In this document: piece by piece, positions 1 through 13,956 of the stretch
Layout of the letters: the number at the start of each line of letters is the position of its first letter
Numbering within the stretch: the first letter of the stretch is position 1
NCBI GenBank assembly: GCA_964016885.1
Contig: OZ024750.1
Location: forward strand, 10,664,001 to 10,728,000
DNA: 64,000 nucleotides
Direction: 5' to 3'
Source of the DNA: Eledone cirrhosa
Taxonomy: Eukaryota
Notes under the pieces: generated by a model
What the model saw: the letters and a program-made list of their open reading frames with translations, nothing else
Database searches by the model: none
What the model was told of the DNA's origin: nothing
Program-made: the position numbers and the translations under genes

Positions 1-253
1 TAATGTTATTGCTATTAATCTTGCTATTTTAACAATCACAAACAATTTTCCTGTCACCCACATTGACAATGTTCCTTTTTCTGCTATCAAAACTCTGCAT
101 ATTTCTATTGGCTTTGATATTGCTCGTATTTTATATCGTTTTTCTAACGTTAGATAAATCACTCTATCCTGTTCCTCACTGTTGACACTTCTACTTCTTT
201 ACTATCTACTATTCTTTTCTGTGTTATTCTTTCTATATCTTTCTCTGTCGCTC

Positions 254-332
<79 letters not shown>

Positions 333-367
333 ACGCACACATATATATATATATATAATTATAATTA

Positions 368-430
368 TTTAATATAGAAATGGCTTCAACAGGATTAGAA
401 CTGTTTCATTCGTATGAAATCATCAGGAAT
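368..430 (-). mobile_element. Family C arm fragment
   Basis: tttaatatagaaatggcttcaacaggattagaactgtttcattcgtatgaaatcatcaggaat matches 56688-56750 and 35429-35490. Confidence 0.65.
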
Positions 431-437
431 GTCGGGT

Positions 438-506
<69 letters not shown>

Positions 507-621
507 CCACACACACATTTCTTTTATGTACACTCATACACACACACATCCACAAGCACACTTATACACACCACACCTAGATACACACAGTCCTGTATCT
601 ACTAATATTATTACAGCCCCG

Positions 622-730
622 CCCGTCGAGGTTAATTTGGTCTTTCATCCTTACAGGGTCGATAAAATAAAATACCAGTAATACACTGAGTAATTGCTGG
701 TTTTGTGCCAAAAGTAGAAACAATTATTAT
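622..730 (+). mobile_element. tRNA-derived SINE (family A), 5'-truncated
   Basis: Core gaggttaa...tctttcatccttacagggtcgataaaataaaataccag and 3' end gtgccaaaagtagaaacaattatt. Confidence 0.75.
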
Positions 731-799
731 CACTGTCGTGCTTTTTTTTCTTTTTTACCGGTGCCACCATATCCCGCCATTTAGTATCTGGCATTCCTC

Positions 800-1310
800 C
801 CACTAATTCCACCTCAACCACCACCACCACCACAACACTATCTCTACCTCAACCACCGCCACCACCACCACCACAACACTATCTCTACCTCAACCGCCGC
901 CACCACCACCACCACCACAACACTATCTCTACCTCAACCGCCGCCACCACCACTATCGCCACAACACTATCTCTACCTCAACCACTACCACCACCACCAC
1001 CACCACAACACTATCTCTACTTCAACCACCACCACCACCACAACAACACTATCTCTACCTCAACCACCACTACCACCAACATCACCACCACAACACTATC
1101 TCTACCTCAACCACCACCACCACCACAACACTATCTCTACCTCAACCACCACCACCACCACCAACACAACCAGCCCATCGTCATTACCACCTCCAACGCC
1201 ACCACAACAACGACCACCACGGCCATCTCCACCACCACCACCATCACCACCACCACCACAACAACAACTCTAACACCACCACCTCCACCACCACAAACCC
1301 ATCCAGCATA
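800..1310. repeat. (ACC)n-based minisatellite, unit about accaccacaacactatctctacctca
   Basis: About 9 repeats of cactatctctac with variable (ACC)n. Confidence 0.9.
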
Positions 1311-1359
1311 TCCTCCACACTAACATTACTCCCACTCATCCAAACGGACACAAACACGC

Positions 1360-1745
1360 ACACATACCTTCTCCCCACCCCCATCACCCCATCATACCTT
1401 CTCTCACCTCACCTCTCCATACCTTCCCCTACTCTCTCACCCCACCCCCTCATCTCACCATACCTCACCCTCCCTCACCCCACCTCACCATACCTTCTCC
1501 CCACCCCTCACCTCACCATACCATACCTTCTCCCCATCCACCACTCTCTCACCCCACCTCACCATACCTTCTCCCACCCCCTCACCTCACCTCACCTCAC
1601 CATACCATACCTTCTCCCCATCCCCCACTCTCTCACCCCACCTCATCATACCTTCTCCCCATCCCCGCACCTCACTTCACCATACCATACCTTCCCTCCC
1701 CCTCCCTTCTCACCACACCATACCTCCCCCCTTACACCCCTCCCA
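1360..1745. repeat. C-rich minisatellite (cacctcaccataccttctccc)
   Basis: Direct repeats. Confidence 0.85.
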
Positions 1746-1960
1746 CCCTTATATTTATTATTATATTACGCCCCCCCCTCCCCCGTTCCACGGGTCATCT
1801 GTTCCACAACATCACATAGACGATGACGCTCCACTGATGTTATTATGATTAAAGCAGAGCAGGCTAATTATAGACCAGTGCCAACTCGTTATGGTCGCCT
1901 TCTTCTCTCTCTTATGATTGATTGATAGTTAGACCAGCACCAACGATAGGCCCACATCCG

Positions 1961-3675
1961 ACCACCACCACCACCACCACCACTACTACCTCTAATATCA
2001 CCACCACCACTACTAGCTCTACCTCCACCACTACCACCTCCACCACCACCATCACTACTACCTCTACCATCACCACCACCACCACTACTACCTTTAATAT
2101 CACCACCACCACCACCACTACCACCTCCACCACCCTCGTCACTACTACCTCTAATATCACCACCACCACCACCACCACCACTACTAGCTCTACCTCCACC
2201 ACCACCACCACCACCACCACTACTAGCTCTAATATCACCACCACCACCACCACCACTACTAGCTCTAATATCACCACCACCACCACCACCACCACTAGCT
2301 CTAATATCACCACCACCACCACCACCACTACTACCTCTAATATCACCACCACCACCACCACTACTAGCTCTACCACCTCCACCACCACCACCACCACCAC
2401 CACTACTACCTCTACTTCCACCACTACCACCTCCACCACCACCACCACCACCGCCACTACTACCTCTACCATCACCACCACCACCACTACTACTACCTCT
2501 ACTTCCACCACTACCACCTCCACCACCACCACCACCACCGTCACTACTACCTCTACCATCACCACCACCACCACTACTACTACCTCTAATATCACCACCA
2601 CCACCATCACCACTACTAGCTCTACCACCACCACTACCACCTCCACCTCCACCTCCACCACCATCACTACTACCTCTACCATCACCACCATCACCACCAC
2701 CACCACTACTACCTCTAATATCACCACCACCACCACTACCACTACTAGCTCTACCACCTCCACCACCACCACCACTACTACCTCTAATATCACCACCACC
2801 ACCACCACTACTACTACTACCTCTAATATCACCACCACCACCATCACCACTACTAGCTCTACCACCACCACTACCACCTCCACCTCCACCTCCACCACCA
2901 TCACTACTACCTCTACCATCACCACCATCACCACCACCACCACTACTACCTCTAATATCACCACCACCACCACTACCACTACTAGCTCTACCACCTCCAC
3001 CACCACCACCACTACTACCTCTAATATCACCACCACCACCACCACTACTACTACTACCTCTAATATGACCACCACCACCACCACTACTACCTCTACTTCC
3101 ACCACTACCACCTCAACCACCACCACCACCACCGCCACTACTACCTCTACCATCACCACCACCACCACTACTACTACCTCTACCATCGCTACTACCTTTA
3201 CCGTCACTACAACCTCTACCTCCACCACCACCACTACTACCTCAACTATCACTACTACTTCTACCACTACCACTACTTCCACCACCACCACTACTACCTT
3301 TACCGTCACTACTATTTCTACCACCACCACTACCATCACCACCATCACTATCACTACTACCTCTACGACCTCCACGACCACTACCACCACCACCACTACT
3401 ACCTTTACCGTCACTACTACTTCTACCACCACCACTACCATCACCACCATCACTATCACTACTACCTCTACGACCTCCACGACCACTACCACCACCACCA
3501 CTACTACCTTTACCGTCACTACTACTTCTACCACCACCACTACCATCACCACCATCACTATCACTACTACCTCTACCATCGCCACGACCACTAACTCTAC
3601 CACCACCACCACCACCACCACCACAAACTGTACAACCACCACCAGCCCTACCACCACCACCACCACCACCACTAC
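1961..3675. repeat. Compound (ACC/ACT)n trinucleotide minisatellite
   Basis: Higher-order blocks are repeated (e.g. about 240 bp at 2580/2820). Gives Thr-rich and Val-rich ORFs. Confidence 0.9.
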
Positions 3676-3745
3676 AATCCCTGTGTGTGTATACTAATAT
3701 ATTTCTTCATTGTACTGTGTCATTTGCTTTGTTATTTATGTTTAC

Positions 3746-3781
<36 letters not shown>

Positions 3782-4001
3782 CATACATATCTATATCTAT
3801 ATACATACATATATATCTATATACATACATATATATCTATATACATACATATATACACACATATATATATACACGCCCTTATTTTCAATATCTATGACCC
3901 TCACCATCGCTACCATCATTACGACCAGCAAGTTCGTTCATTCGTATAAACTGACACATGCGCACATCACCTATTGAATATAGAAATCTAGCAACAATAT
4001 T

Positions 4002-4075
<74 letters not shown>

Positions 4076-4092
4076 GTGACAGCTAGATCCGA

Positions 4093-4440
4093 ACTAGTAC
4101 TTTATTTTATCGATCCCGTAAGGATGAAAGGCAAAGTTAACCTCGGCCGGATTTGAACTCAGATCATAACGGGGCGTAACTCTATGCTGCAAAGCATGGT
4201 GTCCGACGCTCTACCGATACTGCCAATCAACCGCCCTAATATTTCCCCAAATAATTGTTTCTACTTTTGGCACAAGGCCATCAATTACCCCAGTACATTA
4301 CTGGTACTTTATTTTATCGACCCTGTAAGGATAAAGGGCAAAGTTAACCTCGGCAGGATTTGAACTCAGACCGTAAAGGGACGTAACTATGCTGGAAAGC
4401 ATGGCGTCCGACGCTCTACCGATACTGCCAATCCACACCC
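4093..4440 (-). mobile_element. Tandem SINE A pair
   Basis: Copies 4093-4236 and 4256-4440. taatatttccccaaataat is repeated at 4237-4255 and 4451-4469 (TSD). Confidence 0.85.
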
Positions 4441-4729
4441 GGTATATATATAATATTTCCCCAAATAATAATTTTATATTTATTGACTATATCATTATCG
4501 AAGCCAAGCCGGCGTGGGAACCTCTGGCGTGGGAACCTCCATGGTCTGTCCACTTTGAAATGCAAGTAGAGTCCATTCCGTCCACCCTATTTCAGTCTAA
4601 TTCCTATGTCGAATAGTGTCTATAGTAAATGAGGTTTACCCAAAGATGACAGGAAATAAATTCGAACCTGGAATCTGGTGATTGTGACTTGAACGTCTTA
4701 AATATTTCACCATACTGTCTCCAGTTTAA

Positions 4730-4964
4730 CCCTTTAGCATTTAAACCGGCCGTATCCGGCCAGAATTCTCTCACCTCTTTCTCTTCAAATCGGCCGTAAC
4801 TAGCCACTCACACTGATGTTAAGGTATTGTTCTTAAAATAAATAATATCAAAATCTCATAGATTCGATATTATGTGAGATATTTTTTTTTTATGTGAGAT
4901 ATTATGTGAGATATTTACCACAAAAATACAATAGTATATATAGAGTAATGTAAATGGTAAAGGT
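4730..4964. mobile_element. piggyBac-type MITE
   Basis: TTAA|CCCTTTAGCATTTA ... TAAATGGTAAAGGT|TTAA: imperfect TIRs with a TTAA TSD. Confidence 0.6.
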
Positions 4965-5908
4965 TTAAGGATATCTTCGTCATTTACTCCCAGTAATCTC
5001 TGAAACACTGAATAAAATCACGGACACTGCTCTTCCTCCCGAATGAACAATAAATATAGATTACATTATTTATTATTTGTTTAATATATATTTACATATT
5101 TATGACATCTTAGTTTACATAGAATTTATCTCTTTGCTTCATAACATGCTGAATAAAGACGTGAAATAAAACAGCAAAAACTACCGATAATAGATGCAAA
5201 GTTAAGGCTCTTTTTCTTTTTCATCTTTTGCTAATAAATTCCTATAAAACAGCTTTAATATCGCTGTGGCATTAGGGATACGCAAACACAACAATTTCCT
5301 GTTTCTATCTTTTGTTTAATTATTTTTTCCCTAGCTTTAGGGATCAATTGCTTAATTAGGGAAATCATCATTAAAACAAAATATTTATTTATTGTAAAAA
5401 TTTAAGGAATGTTTCTCAACTTCCTTTCTGTACAAGACACGTTTGCTCTTCATATTTTGTTTTTCTTCTATTAACGAATAGAATTAATGTTTCCTTGACA
5501 GTTTTCCTGAAGCAGGTAATGTCGTTTTATGACAAAATTCTTCAAAAATTGATTTGATTCCATTATTAAAATTAGACTCCCGGCTAAAATCAGATTCCTT
5601 CTGTTGATAATGCTGATGACGCTCATAATATTGATAATGTTTATAAATTGATAAATGACAAAATTTGGTTTCTTCTTCTCATGAAAACCTCAAATTCAAT
5701 AATGGCTGCCCGAAAAATTAAAGTTATTTGACCTTTGACTCGAATGATATATACATTGATATTAAAAGCCAGTCATTTAAGAATTGAACTCTATAGGAAA
5801 ATATTTGAAAAGTTTATCTTGTCATAGAAATATATTTCTTTAAATGTGTCTTCACGTTAAATGCCAGAAACATTGAAGACAGGATAAAAGCTACCGTCAA
5901 ACTAACGC

Positions 5909-6015
<107 letters not shown>

Positions 6016-6056
6016 GGTTGACAGGACTAGCATGGGTTTCACTGCTATATATATAT

Positions 6057-6207
6057 ACAGCTAGATCCGAACTGTTCGGATCTAGCTGTCAAAACGGCCG
6101 GAGCTCAGCCGTCGGGGTCCTGACTCTTTTCCTATTACCCACTCTACTACCCGAAGTATCGAGTACTCTGGTGCATTATGGTCCACCTGGTATCTTACTA
6201 CACCCTC

Positions 6208-6210
<3 letters not shown>
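6057..6210 (+). mobile_element. Fold-back (TA)n-embedded element, family B
   Basis: Palindrome acagctagatccgaac-t-gttcggatctagctgt (6057-6089), then the family core and a tail tattacccactctactacccgaagtatcgagtactctggtg... ending in (TA)n. Confidence 0.75.
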
Positions 6211-6267
<57 letters not shown>

Positions 6268-6493
6268 TGAGTGAGAAGAGAGGCATAGAGTGGGGAAGGA
6301 TATGAGACATGTTAGGTATTTTGGCGGCATATATTTACATATATATATCAATAAGGATGATGATTGTCTTATCTTGAATAATATTGGGTTATCAAATCAA
6401 GTATGAAATTTGTAGAAATTTGTTTTTTTTCTACAAATTGCTACAAATTTCATACTTGATGAACCAATATATACATATATTAATGCCTCAATC

Positions 6494-6550
<57 letters not shown>

Positions 6551-6752
6551 TGTTTCGTCACATTATGTAAACCTCTGTACGTCGCAAAAATAACGATAAT
6601 GAATGCGAGATACACACACGTGTGTGTGTGTGTGTCTGTGTGTGTGTGTTTGTGTGTGTTTGTGTGTGTGTGTGTGTGTGTACGCCTCTGTGTGTGTGGG
6701 TTGTTAAAATGTTATAATCAACAACCCTGTTACATCTATCCTTTCTCTCTGT

Positions 6753-7289
<537 letters not shown>

Positions 7290-8056
7290 GTTGTTGTTCC
7301 TAATCACTCCAAAGAAGTCTCTCGCCTATTCAGGGTAAATCCAGACGCTAGCCGCTACTTTCTCTCCCTGCAGCAGTTGGACAGCCATGAATAAAATTAT
7401 TATAATAAAACTGCAAGAGTGAAAGTAGAATATCACACACACACACACACGCACACACATATATATATATATACACACACACAACACATGCACACACTCA
7501 CACATACACTCACACACAACACAACACACAGTCACACACACTTGCACACACTCACACGCACATACAAACACACATACACACACACACATATATACACTCA
7601 CACACACTCATACACACATGCACTCAGACACACAACACACAGTCACACACACTCACACACACTCACACACACATACATACACACACACATACATATATAC
7701 ACTCACACACACTCATACACACATACATACATACACACACATATATACACTCATACACACATGCACTCACACACATACACACACACACACTCACACACAC
7801 TCATACACACAGATATATATATATATAAAGTAGAATGACATAGAGTGAAGGGGAAATGGCGAAGTGCAAGAGAGCGAAAGAGAGATAGTGATAGCATATA
7901 AATAGACTATTTTGAGAGAGTGAAAGAGACAGACAGGAGAGAGAAGGAGGGAGGTGGAGAGAGAGAGAAAGAGTGAAGGAGAGCTGGAGAAGTGGAAAGA
8001 GAGTGAAAGAGAGAGACAGGGAAGAGAAAGAAAGGGGAGAAACAGAGAAACGTAAG

Positions 8057-8059
<3 letters not shown>

Positions 8060-8093
<34 letters not shown>

Positions 8094-8212
8094 TGTGTGA
8101 AATATAGAAAGGTGGGGAGAGAGGGAGAGAGAGAAGAGAGAGTCTGTGTGGGAAAGATAGAGAGGTGGGGAGAGAGAGGGAGAGAGAGAGTGTGAAAGAG
8201 ACAGAGACAGAG

Positions 8213-8266
<54 letters not shown>

Positions 8267-8561
8267 TGTGTGGGAAAGATAGAGAGGTGGGGAGAGAGAG
8301 GGAGAGAGAGAGAGAGTGTGAAAGAGACAGAGGTAGAGAGAGAGATAGATAGAGATAGAGAGAGAGAGAGAGTCTGTGTGGGAAAGATAGAGAGGTGGGG
8401 AGAGAGAGGGAGAGAGAGAGAGAGTGTGAAAGAGACAGAGGTAGAGAGAGAGAGAGAGAGAGAGAGACAGGGAAGAGAGAGAGAGAGAGAGAGTCTGTGT
8501 AGGAAAGATAGCGAGGTGGGGAGAGAGAGGGAGAGAGAGAGTGTGTGAAAGAGACAGAGGT

Positions 8562-8593
<32 letters not shown>

Positions 8594-8698
8594 AAGAGAG
8601 AGAGAGAGAGAGAGTCTGTGTGGGAAAGATAGAGAGGTGGGGAGAGAGAGGGAGAGAGAGAGAGAGTGAAAGAGACAGAGGTAGAGAGAGAGAGAGAA
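8060..8698. repeat. GA-rich minisatellite, about 120-bp unit
   Basis: gtctgtgtgggaaagatagagaggtgggg repeated 5 times. Confidence 0.9.
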
Positions 8699-8962
8699 AC
8701 ATGAGCACTGTGAGCGCTTGGTGTCAAATTAATCTGGCAATGTGTAGGATAATGATCATAAAATGCGACGTGTTTCCTTTCACGTGATTCTGCTAATCGC
8801 GATAAATAGACGGACGCGAGAGGTCGCGCGCGTTCTATAAATGGCCTCCAGTATAGAAGAAAAAAAAACGACTGCTTATATGTGTTTGTGTTGTGTGTGC
8901 TTTATCGTATATATATTTTCAGCACACACACACATATAACACACACACACACTCACACACAG

Positions 8963-8994
<32 letters not shown>

Positions 8995-8995
<1 letters not shown>

Positions 8996-9139
8996 ACGAA
9001 GGAAATGTGGTAAGGAACCATGTGGACCATAACGCACCAAAGTACTCAATACTTAGGGTAGTAGAGTGGGTAATAGGAACGAATTAGCCCAGAATTAGCC
9101 GTCGAAACGGCTTGAGCTCAGCCGTCGGGGTCCTACTCG

Positions 9140-9142
<3 letters not shown>
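8995..9142 (-). mobile_element. Family B element (internally deleted)
   Basis: Reverse complement of the family B tail (8995-9080) joined to the inverted arm gaattagccgtcgaaacggc...ctactcgtt. Confidence 0.75.
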
Positions 9143-9170
<28 letters not shown>

Positions 9171-9206
9171 ATATATATATATACACATATAACACACACA
9201 CACATA

Positions 9207-9247
<41 letters not shown>

Positions 9248-9307
9248 CACACACATAACACACATACATATAACACACACACACTCACACACACACACAC
9301 ACACACG

Positions 9308-9391
<84 letters not shown>

Positions 9392-9479
9392 TATACATGT
9401 ATATATAAATATAACAAAGCAAACGACGCAGTACAATAAAGAAATATATTAGTTTAACGCTTGATATAGTAGGAAAAGA

Positions 9480-9517
9480 GTCTTGAAATTTCGGACACTA
9501 ATCCTTCATCAGTAGAC
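9480..9517 (-). ncRNA. Degenerate hammerhead-like motif in a pLTR-like fragment
   Basis: Reverse complement reads gtcta CTGATGA aGGA-ttagtg-TCC GAAA tt TC aagac. Core boxes and stem II are intact; stem I has a first-pair mismatch. Confidence 0.5.
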
Positions 9518-9638
9518 AGAATGAGAAATAAAAGATGAAATAGAAAGAGAGAGAGAGTGAGGAGAGGAAGGAACGAAAGAACGAAATTTGAGAAAAAACG
9601 TGTGTATTCAGTTATCCATATATATATATATATATATT

Positions 9639-9695
9639 GGGAGGGATCGTCCTGATGAAGACCAGTTAAGTCTGAAATACATCGACGATTGTCCC
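9639..9695 (+). ncRNA. Minimal type I hammerhead ribozyme motif (Penelope-like/retrozyme type)
   Basis: Stem I ATCGTC(9646-9651)/GACGAT(9684-9689), extendable by GGGA/TCCC. Core CTGATGA 9652-9658. Stem II AGAC-cagttaa-GTCT. GAAA 9674-9677. Vestigial stem III T-ac-A. NUH = AUC, predicted cleavage after 9683. Lies directly beside a (TA)n tract. Confidence 0.7.
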
Positions 9696-9813
9696 CCTTG
9701 ATTCTGCTGGGCACCACAGAGGGCGTTAGCCCCGGTGTTTTTTGCATAGCTACGGTTTCCTAAATGTTAACCTTGTAAACATACCATGTTTCTTTAGAAA
9801 TACGAAATTTATA

Positions 9814-9867
<54 letters not shown>

Positions 9868-9873
<6 letters not shown>

Positions 9874-10189
9874 ATATTAATAAATGGAAACTATATTTAT
9901 AAAACCATATTTATTTCATTATACATATTTCATCAGATAAAATATAATATAGATCAGTTTTATAAATAAATATTGACATACCCTTAAAAGAATGCGACAA
10001 TGTCTGATGAAAGCGCACCATAATTTGCTTTGGTGTCCTTGAAATATGTATAATGAAATAAATATGGTTTTATAAATATAGTTTCCATTTATTAATATAT
10101 TGTATTTTTACTCCAAAAATTTGTTGAGTGCTTTATATCAGTTATAAAAATATTTGCTTGTTGTATCCCAACAAATTAAATATAACTTC

Positions 10190-10192
<3 letters not shown>
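9868..10192 (+). mobile_element. Fold-back element (family E) in (TA)n with hammerhead-like core and 3' bulged hairpin
   Basis: About 64-bp inverted arms 9868-9931 / 10041-10104. CTGATGA(10004)...stem II...GAAA(10041). Tail hairpin ACTC-CAA-aaat-TTG-TT-GAGT at 10110-10129. Flanked by (TA)n on both sides. Confidence 0.6.
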
Positions 10193-10232
<40 letters not shown>

Positions 10233-10386
10233 AATCCATACGTACATATATATATGTGTGCATGTATGTATATATATATGCATACTACTGTACGTCTGTA
10301 TACATATGTGTATGTACGTGTACATACTTATATTTAAGTAACAGCCGTACTAAGAGTGGGAAATGAAATTTCGTTTCATTTTTTCC

Positions 10387-10443
<57 letters not shown>

Positions 10444-10826
10444 GGTAAATATTTATGCAATTCAATTCAAGCACTCAACGTACTTTTTCCACATAGGAGT
10501 GACGTAGTAAATATCGAGTAAGGAAAAGCGAAATAGTTTCAGATGTTCAAGTCCTTTAATAATAATGCTGTGATATATATTTCAATGACGACACTGGCCA
10601 CACTGTTCTGTGTGCGAGTGTCGTGACATCATCAGACAGCTTGTTACATAAGAAGGTTATGTTTCCGAGGCAATCCAAATTGAATCGACATGGGAACGGA
10701 TGAAGTGCGTGCTTTTGGGTTTTTCACCCGTTCCCCTGTGAGTACCAATTCACCCCCACCGGTCTGCGCATATATATATATATATATGTTAAAGGGTCCA
10801 CTGGGTCACAAAGGACCATGGTTTTG

Positions 10827-10947
10827 CGACTCTGTAAGGATGAAAGGCAAATCTAACCTCGGCAGGATTTGAACTCAGAACGCAAAGGGCCATAACTCTA
10901 CGCCGCAAAGGATGGTGTCTGACGCTCTACTAATACTGCCAGTCCAA
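10827..10947 (-). mobile_element. SINE A, 5' half
   Basis: aggatgaaaggcaaatctaacctcggcaggatttgaactcag...tactgcca. Confidence 0.75.
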
Positions 10948-11513
10948 CGAATATATATATAATGTGAGGGGAATAGAATGATTCGCGGGCGGTATTCTTT
11001 CCAACTCCCTCCGTTCTCAGTTCAAATCCCGTCGATGAAGTCTCGTACTGGAGTCGATTCTTCCTCTATATCTCTTTCTTACTTTCCAGCTTTCGATCTT
11101 ACTTTCTCTTTCTCTGAAAAAAAAATCATCGATTATGCTGCAATGTTGCAACCCAAGCTTCCACCCAGCGAGATCGAGCCCAGAATCATGTGATTACAAA
11201 GCGAGATTTTAACTACATTGCTACACAGTTTAACATTCAGAAGTGTGGTACACTTGCTTGAAAGTACCTCAATGCATGACGGTTGCCGTTGTATATGGGA
11301 ACTCTATAGTTTGTCAGACATTAGCTCCCGTGTATCATTGTCTCTCTCTGAATGTATGTTTCCTTGGATTTATTATATTCCTGCATTTCCTTTTGTATAG
11401 GAAAAAAAATCAGGAAACTTCATTCTTCTTAGTGTCGTGACTAAATGTTTCCAAATCTGCTTTTATCCTCCGTGTTCTCACACTAGCTTTCTTCCAAACC
11501 TTTTCTCTCTATA

Positions 11514-11563
<50 letters not shown>

Positions 11564-11757
11564 AATAGATGCACAAATATATATATGTATTTATATATAC
11601 ATATATATATATATATATATCATACATACAAGCAAACATATATATATATATGCACACATATATATATACACACACATATATATATATACATACACAAATA
11701 TATGTATACATATATAAATATATATACACCTACACATATATAAATATATATACACCT

Positions 11758-11797
<40 letters not shown>

Positions 11798-12010
11798 TTA
11801 TATGCATGTGTGTGTGTGTGACGTTGTAACTATATATATGTGCATGAAGCTGTCGATGCTTATGTTAACAAACTAGGAAAGAAGACATTCAATAGTTTTT
11901 TAATTAACAAGTATGTCTAAATTGAGAATAACTGATAAATCTATAACTATTTATAAGGTTTGGTAATATAGTATTCTACTAGAATGAATATATATCTATA
12001 TATATATATA

Positions 12011-12199
12011 GGAACGAGTAGGACCCCGACGGCTGAGCTCAAGCCGTTCCGACGGCTAATTCAGTCCAGAATTAGCCGTCGAAACGGCTTGACCTCAGCC
12101 GTCGGGGTCCTACTCGTTCCTATTACCCACTCTACTACCCTAAGTATTGAGTACTTTGGTGTGTTATGGTCCACCTGGTTCCTTACCACATTTCCTTCG

Positions 12200-12200
<1 letters not shown>
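12011..12200 (+). mobile_element. Family B element, complete fold-back form
   Basis: Arms 12011-12062 / 12069-12120, an 80-nt unpaired tail 12121-12200, and (TA)n on both sides. Confidence 0.8.
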
Positions 12201-12239
<39 letters not shown>

Positions 12240-12346
12240 TTATTAAAATATTTTAATAAATATTTGCTCTACGGTTCTTATATATTTGATATATATTTAT
12301 CCTTATCGAGCCCTCTTTGGATTTTAGTCTTCAAATTTATTATTAT

Positions 12347-12350
<4 letters not shown>
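12240..12350 (+). mobile_element. Family D (TA)n-embedded element (3' part)
   Basis: Homologous to 13953-14080(-), 36820-36903(-), 16955-17010(+) and 17178-17205(-). Carries GCTC-TAcGG...CCtTA-TC-GAGC at 12266-12311. Confidence 0.6.
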
Positions 12351-12400
<50 letters not shown>

Positions 12401-12402
<2 letters not shown>

Positions 12403-12543
12403 AATGATGGGGTGGTAAGGGTAAGATATCAGGTGGATCATAATGCACCAGAGTACTCAATACTTTGGATAGTAGAGTGGGTAATAGTTCGGATCTAGCT
12501 GTCGAAACGGCCGGAGCTCAGCCGCCGGGGTCATGATTATTTT

Positions 12544-12545
<2 letters not shown>
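12401..12545 (-). mobile_element. Family B element
   Basis: Tail on the minus strand (gtactcaatactttggatagtagagtgggtaatag) joined to the inverted arm, with (TA)n flanks. Confidence 0.7.
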
Positions 12546-12614
<69 letters not shown>

Positions 12615-12752
12615 ATGTATATATAATATATGTATGTGTGTGTGTGTTAAGTATGTGTACTGGTTAATGAAATTTTGCATTTAATAACAGAAAAAAGACT
12701 GCGCAATCCATAGATTGAAAAAAACAAACTTTGACCTCTAATAACACACTCA

Positions 12753-12864
<112 letters not shown>

Positions 12865-12875
12865 TGAGTGTCAGA

Positions 12876-12916
<41 letters not shown>

Positions 12917-12973
12917 AATATATTATTATATTATATCAGGAGTGGCAAAAGAATTTTCTTCAACAAAATAATA

Positions 12974-13160
12974 ATTGTTTCTACTTTTGGCACCAGGCCA
13001 GAAATTATCCCAGTGCATTACTGGTACTTTATTTTATCGACCCCCGTAAGGATGAAAGGCAAAGTTAACCTCGGCGGGATTTGAACTCAGATTGGAAAGG
13101 GCCGTAACTCTATGCGTCAAAGCATGGCGTCCGACCCTCAACCGATACTGCCAATCCAAT
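12974..13160 (-). mobile_element. SINE A
   Basis: Near full-length match to the other copies. Confidence 0.85.
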
Positions 13161-13394
13161 ATAATTTAACAGGAACAATAATACAACGAAAGGAAATAAA
13201 GCTCTCAGTGTTATATAAAAGCAATGATCGACCTATAAAAAGCAATGAACCCTACACATAACAGCAATAACAATTGTTTGTGGGTGTGTAAAGATCGACT
13301 TGAATCACAGTAGGATTAGATGTTTTTTTCTAATTTTATAGTTGAACATACTATGTTCTTCCTCTTCCGCTCACACCTAGTGTGGTTTTCAGTG

Positions 13395-13471
<77 letters not shown>

Positions 13472-13624
13472 GGAAAAAGTATGACACCGACGGCAGAGCT
13501 CAAGCCGTTTCGACGACTATTTCTGGTCTCCAGATATAGCCGTCGAAACGGCTTGAGCTCTATCCTAAGTATTGAGTACTCTGGTGCGTTATGGTCCATC
13601 TGGTTCCTTACCACAATTCCTTTG

Positions 13625-13625
<1 letters not shown>
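13472..13625 (+). mobile_element. Family B element with internal deletion
   Basis: Arms ...gagctcaagccgtttcgacg / cgtcgaaacggcttgagctc, then tail taagtattgagtactctggtgcg... running to (TA)n. Confidence 0.7.
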
Positions 13626-13660
<35 letters not shown>

Positions 13661-13662
<2 letters not shown>

Positions 13663-13830
13663 GCTAAAAAGTGAGTCGTGTTAAGGTGGAGTTTCGCCTG
13701 TTTGTGATAAACTGGTGAAACTCTAGAGTAACAAGTCTCACTTTTTAGCCTCAATATAAATGAATATTAAAACTCTACATCGGTATTGAGTACTCCTTTC
13801 TCTTAGCCGTCAACCACGTACTTTGGAAAT
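13661..13830 (+). mobile_element. Fold-back element (family F) with partial hammerhead and 3' bulged hairpin
   Basis: Imperfect arms 13661-13698 / 13713-13751. GAAA-CTC-ta-GAG-TA forms a palindromic stem III. Hairpin ACTC-TAC-atcg-GTA-TT-GAGT at 13772-13791. Confidence 0.5.
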
Positions 13831-13904
13831 TTAAAAATCCAGCTTCTTAGACTTTTATGATTCGGGGAAATCTGTTCTCTTTCTACACACACACACACAC
13901 ATGC

Positions 13905-13952
<48 letters not shown>

Positions 13953-13956
<4 letters not shown>

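Noticed and set aside
5612-5640. CTGATGA box as a hammerhead
   Set aside because: No stem II, GAAA or stem I partner.
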